This document shows positions 47,934 to 56,451 of a stretch of 64,000 nt of DNA, piece after piece. Where the stretch lies: positions 97,812-161,811 of the forward strand of contig JBBRSP010000011.1 in assembly GCA_038245295.1 (NCBI GenBank), given 5' to 3'. Below the pieces are notes generated by a model. It saw nothing but the letters and a program-made list of their open reading frames with translations. It made no database searches and was not told the origin of the DNA. Within the stretch, counting starts at the first letter, position 1. Every line of letters begins with the position of its first letter. Made by a program: the position numbers and the translations under genes. The DNA comes from Candidatus Binatia bacterium (GTDB taxonomy: Bacteria > Desulfobacterota > Binatia > HRBIN30).

Positions 47934-48613
47934 TTGCCGGCGCTGAGGTCGGCCCGCTGCATGATCGAGTGTGCCTCGTAGTACATGCCGCGTTTGATCG
48001 CGCCCATCGTGCCACGATCTTTGTCGGTCAGGGCAGCAACCCGTTCGATGGCATTGCCCACGACATCTGTCACCGCCGCCGTTCCATCCACGACGCCGAG
48101 GGTGACGCAGTCCGCGGCGTTGACGCGTTTGCCGCTCAACAACAGGTCGCGCAACACACCGGGTGTCAGCCGGGTTTTGATCAGGGCCATCATGCCAGGA
48201 GCGAAGGGCATGCGTAGGTCGATCTCCGGTAGGCAAAAATAGCCGCGATCGGCGCGCATGATTCGGAAGTCGTGCGCCAAAGAGAGCATGGCGCCGCCGG
48301 CAAAGGCGTGACCGTTCATCGCCGCGGCGGTTGCCATGGGAAAGGTCATCAGGCGACCGAGCATCTTGATCAGATCGGCGACGACTGCCGTGAACTGCGG
48401 TGCGCCTTCTCCCATCAACCAATCGAGATCGAGGCCGTTCGAATAGAACTTGTCTTCGCCGGTGGTGACCAGCGCGGCTGGCCCTTCGGAACGCTCCACT
48501 TCGTCGAGCGCGGCATTGAAGTCGTCGATGAAAATGCGATTGAAGCGATTCTCCCCGGCGCGCATGGTCAGCACGAAAACCGACCCTTCTCGTTTGAGAT
48601 CAATCACTGACAC
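47930..48613 (-). CDS. Enoyl-CoA hydratase/isomerase (delta3,delta2-enoyl-CoA isomerase-like)
   Basis: ENRFN, KFYSNGLDL, NGHAFAGG, CLPEIDL. Confidence 0.88.
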   Translation of the reverse strand: MSVIDLKREGSVFVLTMRAGENRFNRIFIDDFNAALDEVERSEGPAALVTTGEDKFYSNGLDLDWLMGEGAPQFTAVVADLIKMLGRLMTFPMATAAAMNGHAFAGGAMLSLAHDFRIMRADRGYFCLPEIDLRMPFAPGMMALIKTRLTPGVLRDLLLSGKRVNAADCVTLGVVDGTAAVTDVVGNAIERVAALTDKDRGTMGAIKRGMYYEAHSIMQRADLSAGK

Positions 48614-48668
48614 GGTGGTCCCTTTCTTTCATTCTGCCGTGTGATGCAGGATCGCCGGTAGGCGTGTC

Positions 48669-49739
48669 TCACCCAAGCACCAATGGTCCTGTCTTGAGCC
48701 GCGGCAACACGTAGCGACCAACGTAGTCACACTCATCCGCGTGCGTATAACCGGAAAGGATGAAGCCACGCAGGCCGAGGTCGATGTACGCCTGCAGTTT
48801 GCTTACGACTTGATCCGGGTCGCCGACCAGTGCCGCGCCGCAGCCGCTGCGGGCGCGGCCAATGCCGGTCCAGAGGTTGTCTTCGACGAAGCCTTCGTCG
48901 TCCGCCGCGCCACGCATTTCAGCCTGGCGGCGCACTCCTTCGGAGGCATGATCGAGCGACTTCTTCCGGATTTCTTCCCCGGTTCCGGCGTCGAGTTTGC
49001 TCATCAGTTTGCGCGCCGCCGCTCGCGCCTGCGCTTCGGTTTCGCGCACGATCATGTGGATACGGTAGCCGAACTGCAGTTCGCGACCGACACGGCTGGC
49101 CCGCTGGCGCATGTCGTCGAGAAGTGTTCGCAGGGCCGGTATCGGCTCCGGCCACATCAAGAATACATCAGCCTCGGCGGCGGCCGCATTGCGCGCGTCC
49201 TCCGAGAGGCCGCCGAAATAAAAGGGCGGGCACCGACGGCCTACCGGTTGTGCGGCTGGGGCATCGAGATCGAGCTGGAAAAACTCGCCCTGGTGGTGAA
49301 TCGCCTCGCCATTCAGGAGAGCACGGAGAATCTGCATGCATTCACGGGTGCGTTGATAACGCGGCGCCGACGGTAGAGGTGCGCCGGGCAGATCACTCGA
49401 AATGATGTTGATCGTCAGTCGGCCGCCGAGCATCTGGTCGAGTGTTGCCAGCTGACGCGCCAATTGGGGCGGAAACATTTCGCCGCATCGCACGGCGACC
49501 AGTAGCCGTATACGCGACGTCAGTGGGGCAACTGCCGCGGCGAAGGCGACGCTATCGATGCCAAGGTTGTACCCCGACGGGCACAGTATGTTGTTGAAGC
49601 CATTCGCCTCGGCGCGTAGCAGGATATCGCGACAATGAGGGAAGGAGCTGCGCAGGGCTGGATTCGGTACGCCTAGATACTCGTAGTCATCATCGCACAG
49701 CGGCGCGAACCACGCGACCTCAACACTCGGGCGTTCCAT
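48669..49739 (-). CDS. smoC: LLM-class flavin-dependent monooxygenase, sulfoquinovose monooxygenase (SmoC/SquD)-like
   Basis: WFAPLCDDDY..LGVP...LRSS..HC, NILCPSGY, AVRCGE, NIISSDLPG, LWTGIGRARSGCGAALVG, FILSGY, matching the SmoC subfamily as I recall it. Confidence 0.75.
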   Translation of the reverse strand: MERPSVEVAWFAPLCDDDYEYLGVPNPALRSSFPHCRDILLRAEANGFNNILCPSGYNLGIDSVAFAAAVAPLTSRIRLLVAVRCGEMFPPQLARQLATLDQMLGGRLTINIISSDLPGAPLPSAPRYQRTRECMQILRALLNGEAIHHQGEFFQLDLDAPAAQPVGRRCPPFYFGGLSEDARNAAAAEADVFLMWPEPIPALRTLLDDMRQRASRVGRELQFGYRIHMIVRETEAQARAAARKLMSKLDAGTGEEIRKKSLDHASEGVRRQAEMRGAADDEGFVEDNLWTGIGRARSGCGAALVGDPDQVVSKLQAYIDLGLRGFILSGYTHADECDYVGRYVLPRLKTGPLVLG

Positions 49740-49764
49740 CAGCGAGGCCTCACTCCTTCGTGTG

Positions 49765-50682
49765 TCATGGCAACTTCTTTCCCTGGGATGCTTGGACGAT
49801 CGAGTACCAATCGTGGCGTGTCAGCTTGACGCGGAACGCTGCCAGGCAATCGCGAATGCGTTCGACACGCTGGGTGCCGATGATCGGAATAATGCCGGCC
49901 GGATGCGCCAACAAGAACGCCAGCGCGATGGCGCTGCGCGGCACACCCTCACGCGCCGCGAGGGTGTCGAGGCAGGTGATGAGCCCCGCCAAACGTTCAC
50001 CGTCGCGCTCCTTGATGGCTTGCTCCGGCGTCAGGCCGAGTTTGCCGCCGGCCAGCGGACTCCAGGCGAGCGGTGTCACCTTGGTGCGCAGGCACTGGTC
50101 GAGGACGCCGTCGCGCAGGGGTTCGAGCCACCAGCAGCTGAGCTCGGGTTGGTGCGTTGTAATCGGGAAGGGCAGGTAGTGCTGCAACGCCTCGAACTGT
50201 GCGGCGCGATGGTTCGAAACACCTACCTCGCGAATCTTCCCGTGCTGCCGCAAGCTGCTCAGCGCCGCCGCGGTCTCCTCGGGATGGCCGAGCATGTCGG
50301 GCCGATGGATTTGGTAGAGGTCGATGGCATCGATGCGCAGTCGACGTAGCGAGGCCTCGCATGATTCGAGAATATGAGCGCGGCTCGAATCGTAGGGCAA
50401 ACCCGGAACGATGCCGCACTTGGTGGCGATCAGCATGCTGTCGCGCAGATGAGGGGTCTCATCCAACACTTTGCCGAACAGCTCCTCCGCGGCGCCGTTG
50501 CCGCCGTAAATGTCGGCGTGATCGAACAGCGTGATGCCGGTCTCGAGAGCAGCTTCGATCTTGTCGCGTGAGCTACGGAGATCACTGCCCGCAAACCGCC
50601 AACAACCGTAGGCGATAGGAAAGGCGCGCAACGAAGTGATCCCCAGGGGGCGTGTCGCTGTCGAAATCGGGATGGCTTCCAT
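49765..50682 (-). CDS. smoB: Aldo/keto reductase (YdhF-like), 6-oxo-glucose reductase (SmoB/SquF)-like
   Basis: YGCWR, FDHADIYG, ATKCGI, IHRPD, GVSN, AWSPLAGG, LAHPAGIIPIIGT; stop 25 bp before the smoC-like start. Confidence 0.65.
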   Translation of the reverse strand: MEAIPISTATRPLGITSLRAFPIAYGCWRFAGSDLRSSRDKIEAALETGITLFDHADIYGGNGAAEELFGKVLDETPHLRDSMLIATKCGIVPGLPYDSSRAHILESCEASLRRLRIDAIDLYQIHRPDMLGHPEETAAALSSLRQHGKIREVGVSNHRAAQFEALQHYLPFPITTHQPELSCWWLEPLRDGVLDQCLRTKVTPLAWSPLAGGKLGLTPEQAIKERDGERLAGLITCLDTLAAREGVPRSAIALAFLLAHPAGIIPIIGTQRVERIRDCLAAFRVKLTRHDWYSIVQASQGKKLP

Positions 50683-50742
50683 TTCAGGGGCACGCTACCA
50701 GAGCCTTTTGTCTGTTTCGAGCAGGGTGTGAGGGAGGAATCG

Positions 50743-51810
50743 ATGGCGGACCGGATTCGTTACGGCATCATTGGCTCCGGCATGATGGGCTGCGAGCACA
50801 TTCTCAACATCAAGCTCACCCCGGATGCCGAAGTAGTGGCGATCGCCGACTCTAACGAGACCAGCCGTCACTGGGGCCGCAGTCTCGGTGGTGAGGGTGT
50901 CCAGGTCTATACCGATTACCGCGATCTCCTGCGCGAAGCGCCGGTTGATGCGGTGGTCATCGCCACACCCAACTTTACGCATCATGACGTCCTGCAGGAC
51001 GTCTTTCGTACCAACAAACACGTTATGGTCGAGAAGCCGTTGTGCACCGTCGTCGACGATTGCCATCGGGTCGTCGACCAGGCCGCCAAACATGCCGGTG
51101 TCGTCTGGGTCGGCATGGAGTACCGCTACATGAAAGCGGTCGGCCGCCTCATCGAAGCAGCGCATGCCGGCAGTATCGGCGCCTTGCGCATGATCGCCAT
51201 TCGCGAGCATCGCTTCCCATTCCTTCCGAAGGTCGACGACTGGAACCGCTTCAATCGCAACACCGGTGGCACATTGGTCGAAAAGTGCTGCCACTTCTTC
51301 GACCTGATGAATTTGATCGCGCTCAGTCGCCCGCGGTGCGTCTATGCGTCGGGAGCGCAGGACTTCAACCATCTGGACGAACGCTATGACGGCAAGATAC
51401 CGGACATCATCGATAACGCCTTCACCGTCGTCGACTACGACGGCGGCATCCGCGCCATGCTCGATCTCTGCATGTTTGCCGAAGGATCGCTGCACGAGGT
51501 GGAGATCGCCGTGACCGGGGTCGGTGGCAAGCTGCAGGCTTTCGAGCCCGATCACGAGTTTGTCCGCTGCCCGCGCGGCGGCGGCGAGCCGCGTCGCGAG
51601 CGTTTCGATCTCGAGGGCGGGGTGCAGGCCGCCGGCGCCCACCACGGCTCAACGTATTTCGAGCACCTCGCCTTTCAGGAGGCGATTCGTCGCGGCCTGC
51701 CGCCGCAGGTGTCGATCGAAGACGGCGCGCTTGCCGTCGGCGTCGGCGCTGCGGCCGAACAGTCGATCCGCGAACATCGTGTCGTCGAGCTGAAGGAATT
51801 GGGGTTCTGA
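50743..51810 (+). CDS. sqgA: Gfo/Idh/MocA-fold protein, NAD+-dependent sulfoquinovosidase (GH188/SqgA)-like
   Basis: GIIGSGMMG.EH, VEKP, MEYRY, EHRFPFLPKVDDWNRFNRNTGGTLVEKCCHFFDLM, NHLDERYDG, LCMFAEGS, HHGSTY. Confidence 0.7.
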   Translation: MADRIRYGIIGSGMMGCEHILNIKLTPDAEVVAIADSNETSRHWGRSLGGEGVQVYTDYRDLLREAPVDAVVIATPNFTHHDVLQDVFRTNKHVMVEKPLCTVVDDCHRVVDQAAKHAGVVWVGMEYRYMKAVGRLIEAAHAGSIGALRMIAIREHRFPFLPKVDDWNRFNRNTGGTLVEKCCHFFDLMNLIALSRPRCVYASGAQDFNHLDERYDGKIPDIIDNAFTVVDYDGGIRAMLDLCMFAEGSLHEVEIAVTGVGGKLQAFEPDHEFVRCPRGGGEPRRERFDLEGGVQAAGAHHGSTYFEHLAFQEAIRRGLPPQVSIEDGALAVGVGAAAEQSIREHRVVELKELGF

Positions 51811-51812
51811 AG

Positions 51813-52853
51813 ATTGAGTCGCAACGCGAGAGGGCGCCTGATGCGGTTGGTAGCGCTCGTGTCACCGTACTCTTGCCGGCATACAACGCCGCGCCAACAC
51901 TCGGCGTCTGCCTTCGCAGCATCGCGCGGCAAACGATCTCCGATTGGCAATGCCTGATTGTTGACGACGGTTCGACCGACGACACGGCCGCGATTGCTGC
52001 CGAGCACGCCGCCGCCGATAGGCGAGTGCGCGTGCGGCGACTCCCGCATGGCGGGCTCGTGACAGCTTTGAATGCCGGATTGGCAGAGTGTCGCACGCCG
52101 TTCGTCGCGCGGATGGATGCCGACGACCTCATGCATCGTGAACGTTTGCGGCTGCAACTCGCCGCGCTCGAGAACGACCCGACCCTGGCCGGTGTCGGCA
52201 GCCACGTCCGTCTCTTTCCCCGCCTCGGACTTAAGGACGGACGTCGTGCTTACGAGGCATGGCTCAACTCGATCGACTCGCCTGAACGAATCGCCCTTGA
52301 TCGCTTCATCGATTGCCCCGTGGTTCATCCCACGCTGACCTTCCGTCGCGCCGTGTTGCAGGAGTTCGCCTACCAAGACCGGGGGTGGCCGGAAGATTCC
52401 GACCTGATTCTCCGCCTGCACGCCGCCGGGCAGCGGATTGGCATCGTCAAGCGCCGATTGCTCGCCTGGCGCGACCACGCCAGTCGATTGTCGCGCACGG
52501 CGCCGAACTGTTCTCTAGATCGGATCATGGCGTGTCGAGCGCTGTTCCTGGCGACGGATTTCCTGGCTGGGCACGAGGACTACGTCCTGTGGGGCTATGG
52601 CGAGACGGGCCGTGACTTGCGCCGAGCGCTGTTGCCTTACGCGAAGACGGCCGCCTGTGTGGTTGAGGTGAATCCGCGCCGCATCGGCAACACGATCCAC
52701 GGTGCTCCCGTGATCGGAATCGACAATCTCGGTGCTCTACTCGGCCGCAAGATGATCGTCTCGGTTGCCGGTGCCGAGCCGCGACGTCTCATTCGCGCCG
52801 CTCTGGGCGACGTCGGGTTCACCGAAGGTGTCGACTTCGTTTGCGCCGCTTAG
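51813..52853 (+). CDS. Glycosyltransferase family 2 with C-terminal Rossmann-like domain; start codon uncertain
   Basis: VTVLLPAYNA, VDDGSTD, ARMDADD, WPEDSDL, LWGYGETGR; the first canonical start (TTG 51873) lies inside the conserved first strand. Confidence 0.85.
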   Translation: MESQRERAPDAVGSARVTVLLPAYNAAPTLGVCLRSIARQTISDWQCLIVDDGSTDDTAAIAAEHAAADRRVRVRRLPHGGLVTALNAGLAECRTPFVARMDADDLMHRERLRLQLAALENDPTLAGVGSHVRLFPRLGLKDGRRAYEAWLNSIDSPERIALDRFIDCPVVHPTLTFRRAVLQEFAYQDRGWPEDSDLILRLHAAGQRIGIVKRRLLAWRDHASRLSRTAPNCSLDRIMACRALFLATDFLAGHEDYVLWGYGETGRDLRRALLPYAKTAACVVEVNPRRIGNTIHGAPVIGIDNLGALLGRKMIVSVAGAEPRRLIRAALGDVGFTEGVDFVCAA

Positions 52854-52868
52854 CGGCGGTTGATCGTA

Positions 52869-54629
52869 TCAATCCGCCGCGTTGGTGGGCGCCGGATGAA
52901 GGGCCTCCAACGCATCGATTGCCTTGCGCAGCCCAGCCTCCACATCCACCTGAGCGGCGAAGGCTCGGGCGCGGCGCTGCAATCCCTTGTCGTTCAACGC
53001 CGCATGGATTGTTCGCCGCAGCATGTCCGACGAGTCGGCGGCGGATGCCACAACGCCCAATCGGCGTTGTTCGACGCAGGCCGCAACGGCGTGTTGGTCG
53101 CGGCCCATCGGTGTGCACACAAGAGGCACCCCGGTGGTGACCGCGGCCATGACGGTCCCATGCCCGGCATGTGTCACCACCAGGCTGGCGTGCGGCAACA
53201 CCCAGGCGTGTGGCACGAAGGGCTGCGCCACGGCGTTGTCCGGCAACTGCAGCTCTTCGGCCCTGATGGCGTGTCCGAGAGTGAACAGGACGCGGGCTGG
53301 AAGGCTGGCGACGGCGTCGGCGACGCGCTGCAGCGTCGCCACCTGATTCTGGAAGCTGGTGCTGTAGCTGACGACGATGAGTGGGCGAGTATCGGTCTCC
53401 GGCCACGGTAGGGAGTAGGCGGCTGTCGATTGGGCTCGAGTGAGGGGGCCGACGTAGTGCAGCTGGGGTGGTCGGTCCTGCGGCGCGACATCGAAGGCTT
53501 CCAACGTGAACGCGATGATCGCGTCCAACTCCTCGGCGACGCGACGTTGGTCGACGACGGCTGACAAACCAAACTTGCTGCGTACGGCATTGAGGGGATC
53601 CAGGGCGGCGCCGGTCATACGGCCCGGGCTGTTGGCGATCGCGCCATAGACGGTGTGCCAGAGCATGGCGGTTGGCAGGCCGGTGCTCTTAGCCGCGGCG
53701 GCGGCCGTCATCAGTATCTGATCGACGAGGATCGCGTCGGGACGGGCCCGGGAAATCTCGGCGAGCAACGCCTCGCCGTAGCTCGGATTGAAGAAGACGT
53801 CCCGCAGGACGCGTGTCATTTCTTCCTCCGGTGTTTCGTCAAGGCGCTCAGATCCGTGCAGCAGCGGTGGGCCGCCGTACTCAACATGCTGAGCCCCGGC
53901 ACCTGCAATCGCCGCGGCATGTTTGGCGTCGGACAGCACCCGCACGCTGTGGCCGCGTTGACGCAGGCCTCGGATGAGCTCCAGCTCCGGCGGCCAGTTG
54001 CCCGCGGCATCCAAGGTCACCAGGAGGAAATCGAGTTTGTGGTCTGGTCGTGCGGCCGCCCCCGCGCTGGCGATGCGCTTCTCCTCCAGATCGGCAAGGG
54101 TCCTCTGCTTGAGGGCGCGGTGGGTGCGTAGCAATTGGGCGCGGTCCGCTTCGTTCTTGAGCCGCTGTAGCCCCCGCCGCACGATGGCGTCGGCTCGTTC
54201 GACATCCTGCAAGTCGTTGAGGGCGATCTCCAGCATACCGATGTGCGGATAGAGCTCGTTAGGGAACTCATTGGCGATGCTCTGGTACTCGTCGATGGCG
54301 TCGGCGTAGTGTTCGCGCATGCGTCGTCCGATGGCGCCGCTGTAACGCGGTTCGTGCGTCGCGCGGCCTCGTGGGTAGAACAGACTTCCCGTCGGGGACG
54401 CGATCAGGATGGCGAGAAGAGGGGCGAGCAGCATCGCGCCGCTCACCGCGAGTCCGAGGCCAGCCAGCATGGGGAAGGCGCCGCCCGCCTTTAACAAGTG
54501 CCAGGCGACGACGAAGAGTACGCCGGCAAGCGGCGCCCGCCAGGCAAAACCGTTGCGCAGATCAAGGCGATCATTGTTGTCCAAGGCGCCCCAGAGATAG
54601 CCCAGCGCGGTGTGGCAGGTGAAGCGCAA
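52869..54629 (-). CDS. Fusion: membrane/TPR-like N-terminal domain + GT1 (UDP-glycosyltransferase, MGT-like)
   Basis: TM helices and helical repeats in about the first 190 aa; then AAGNWPP, RGHSV, PSPG-like FVPHAWVLPHASLVVTHAGHGTV...PMGRDQ. Confidence 0.85.
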   Translation of the reverse strand: MRFTCHTALGYLWGALDNNDRLDLRNGFAWRAPLAGVLFVVAWHLLKAGGAFPMLAGLGLAVSGAMLLAPLLAILIASPTGSLFYPRGRATHEPRYSGAIGRRMREHYADAIDEYQSIANEFPNELYPHIGMLEIALNDLQDVERADAIVRRGLQRLKNEADRAQLLRTHRALKQRTLADLEEKRIASAGAAARPDHKLDFLLVTLDAAGNWPPELELIRGLRQRGHSVRVLSDAKHAAAIAGAGAQHVEYGGPPLLHGSERLDETPEEEMTRVLRDVFFNPSYGEALLAEISRARPDAILVDQILMTAAAAAKSTGLPTAMLWHTVYGAIANSPGRMTGAALDPLNAVRSKFGLSAVVDQRRVAEELDAIIAFTLEAFDVAPQDRPPQLHYVGPLTRAQSTAAYSLPWPETDTRPLIVVSYSTSFQNQVATLQRVADAVASLPARVLFTLGHAIRAEELQLPDNAVAQPFVPHAWVLPHASLVVTHAGHGTVMAAVTTGVPLVCTPMGRDQHAVAACVEQRRLGVVASAADSSDMLRRTIHAALNDKGLQRRARAFAAQVDVEAGLRKAIDALEALHPAPTNAAD

Positions 54630-54789
54630 ATCGTTTGATTACGTCACCCATCGAGAATCGAGAACCCAATGGTCATCACGCAATCGTCATCCAAGCCGAT
54701 GAAAGTGAGGGTCTGGGGTGCCGGGTGCAGGGTTCGGTCGATACTTAGGAGACTTGCTTCGGAGGTGATGAGTTGGAAAGAGTTGCCGC

Positions 54790-55371
54790 ATGAAGCCCGT
54801 GCCGACCCTCCGCACCGCGCGTCTGCTCCTGCGCCAGTGGCGTGATTCGGATAGCGAGCCGTTTGCCCGCTTGAACGCGGACCCTCGTGTGATGGAGCAC
54901 TTCCCGTCAACCTTGTCGCGGGCTCGAAGTGATTCCCTCGTTGAAGCGAATCGAGTCCATTTCGCGGCGCATGGTTTCGGTCTGTGGGCTGTTGAGGTCG
55001 TCGACGAATCGCCGTTCATCGGCTTTGTCGGTTTGGCTGTTGTGCGCTTCGATTCGCACTTTACGCCAGCGGTGGAGATTGGCTGGCGGCTTGCCGCCGC
55101 GTCCTGGGGCCGTGGCTTTGCCTCGGAAGCGGCGGCGGCGGCGTTGCGGTTCGGCTTTGAAACGCTCGAGCTGAACGAGATCGTCTCGTTGACGGTGCCC
55201 AGGAATCAGCGGTCGCGTGGTGTCATGCAACGGTTGGGGATGCAGCATTCCGCGGCCGACGACTTCGATCATCCGGTGCTCGACAGCGGCCATCCCCTGC
55301 GCCGGCATGTGTTGTATCGCCTGTCGCGCCACCAATGGCTGACTCGTGGTCCCGGCGCGAGCAACGCCTAG
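54790..55371 (+). CDS. GNAT family N-acetyltransferase (RimJ/RimL type)
   Basis: TARLLLRQWR, FGLWAVE, VEIGWRL...WGRGFASEAA, NQRSRGVMQRLGM, HPLRRHVLY. Confidence 0.93.
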   Translation: MKPVPTLRTARLLLRQWRDSDSEPFARLNADPRVMEHFPSTLSRARSDSLVEANRVHFAAHGFGLWAVEVVDESPFIGFVGLAVVRFDSHFTPAVEIGWRLAAASWGRGFASEAAAAALRFGFETLELNEIVSLTVPRNQRSRGVMQRLGMQHSAADDFDHPVLDSGHPLRRHVLYRLSRHQWLTRGPGASNA

Positions 55372-55406
55372 TTCTACCAATAGACTTCACGCGGAGGCTT
55401 GGATGG

Positions 55407-56435
55407 TCACGTCAAGGCACGCAGATCCGTGAGTGCGGCCGCCGCTTCGGACGGCGTGATCTCGCGCAGGCAGTTGTAGTGCCCGAACTGGCAGGTTCGC
55501 TGCAGGCAAGGACTGCAGTCGATACCGCGGTAGAGCACACGCGTGTGCGGCCCGAGTGGGCCGGTGCGCACGGGGTTGGTCGAGCCAAAGATGCCGACGG
55601 TGGGGATGCCGAGTGCGCCGGCAATGTGCATCGAGCCGGAGTCGTTGCCGACAAACCCCTGGCACAATGACAACAGGGCGATGGCTTGTTCGATGGACGT
55701 TTCACCGGCCGCGACGACGGCGCCATATTGTGATGCGGCTGCAATTTCGGTGCACAAGCCACGTTCCGTCGGCGCGCCTAGAAGGACACACTCCGCACCG
55801 TGTCCAACCGACAAGGCGTCGATGAGAGCGCTGTACGACTCCGCCGGCCACTGTTTGGCGGGGCCATACGCCGCACCGGGCGCCAGGGCGATGAGCGGTG
55901 TATCCGGCGCACGCCGACGCGTCGTCAGCCAGGCGCGCATGCTTGTTTGTGCCGGCGGCGAGGCCTCGAGCAGGACATCATCGATGTCCCCGATGATCCC
56001 GAGCGTTTCTCGCAGCATGTCGAGGTATGCCTGTGCCTGGTGACGGTTCGGATTATGCGTGTCGATGGCGGCTCTTGCCGTCAGCAACCAGCCGCGCCCG
56101 TCGGCACTGACCCCGGCTCGGCGCGGAATCGCCGCCAGAGCCGGCCACAGCGCCGCTTCGAAGGAACGGGGGAACAGAATCGCCAGGGTAAAGCGTCGGC
56201 GCCGCAGCTGGCGGATGATTTCGAGATGATCGTTGATGCCGACCACGCCGCGACGACGCTCGTATGGAATGACCTCGTCGATCCACGTGGCGCCGGCGAA
56301 GAAGGAGGCGAGGTCGCGCCGAACCAGGACCGCGATATGTGCCTGTGGGTTGGAACGGCGAACGGCGCGCATGGCGGGCAGGCTGATCACTAGGTCGCCG
56401 AGCCAGTTGACAGCCTTGATGAGAATCCGCTCCAT
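55407..56435 (-). CDS. waaF: Lipopolysaccharide heptosyltransferase II (GT9)
   Basis: NWLGDLV, APGAAYGPAKQWP, NDSGSMHIAGALG, FGSTNP, CSPC. Confidence 0.88.
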   Translation of the reverse strand: MERILIKAVNWLGDLVISLPAMRAVRRSNPQAHIAVLVRRDLASFFAGATWIDEVIPYERRRGVVGINDHLEIIRQLRRRRFTLAILFPRSFEAALWPALAAIPRRAGVSADGRGWLLTARAAIDTHNPNRHQAQAYLDMLRETLGIIGDIDDVLLEASPPAQTSMRAWLTTRRRAPDTPLIALAPGAAYGPAKQWPAESYSALIDALSVGHGAECVLLGAPTERGLCTEIAAASQYGAVVAAGETSIEQAIALLSLCQGFVGNDSGSMHIAGALGIPTVGIFGSTNPVRTGPLGPHTRVLYRGIDCSPCLQRTCQFGHYNCLREITPSEAAAALTDLRALT

Positions 56436-56451
56436 GGGTTGGCTCAAGCGC

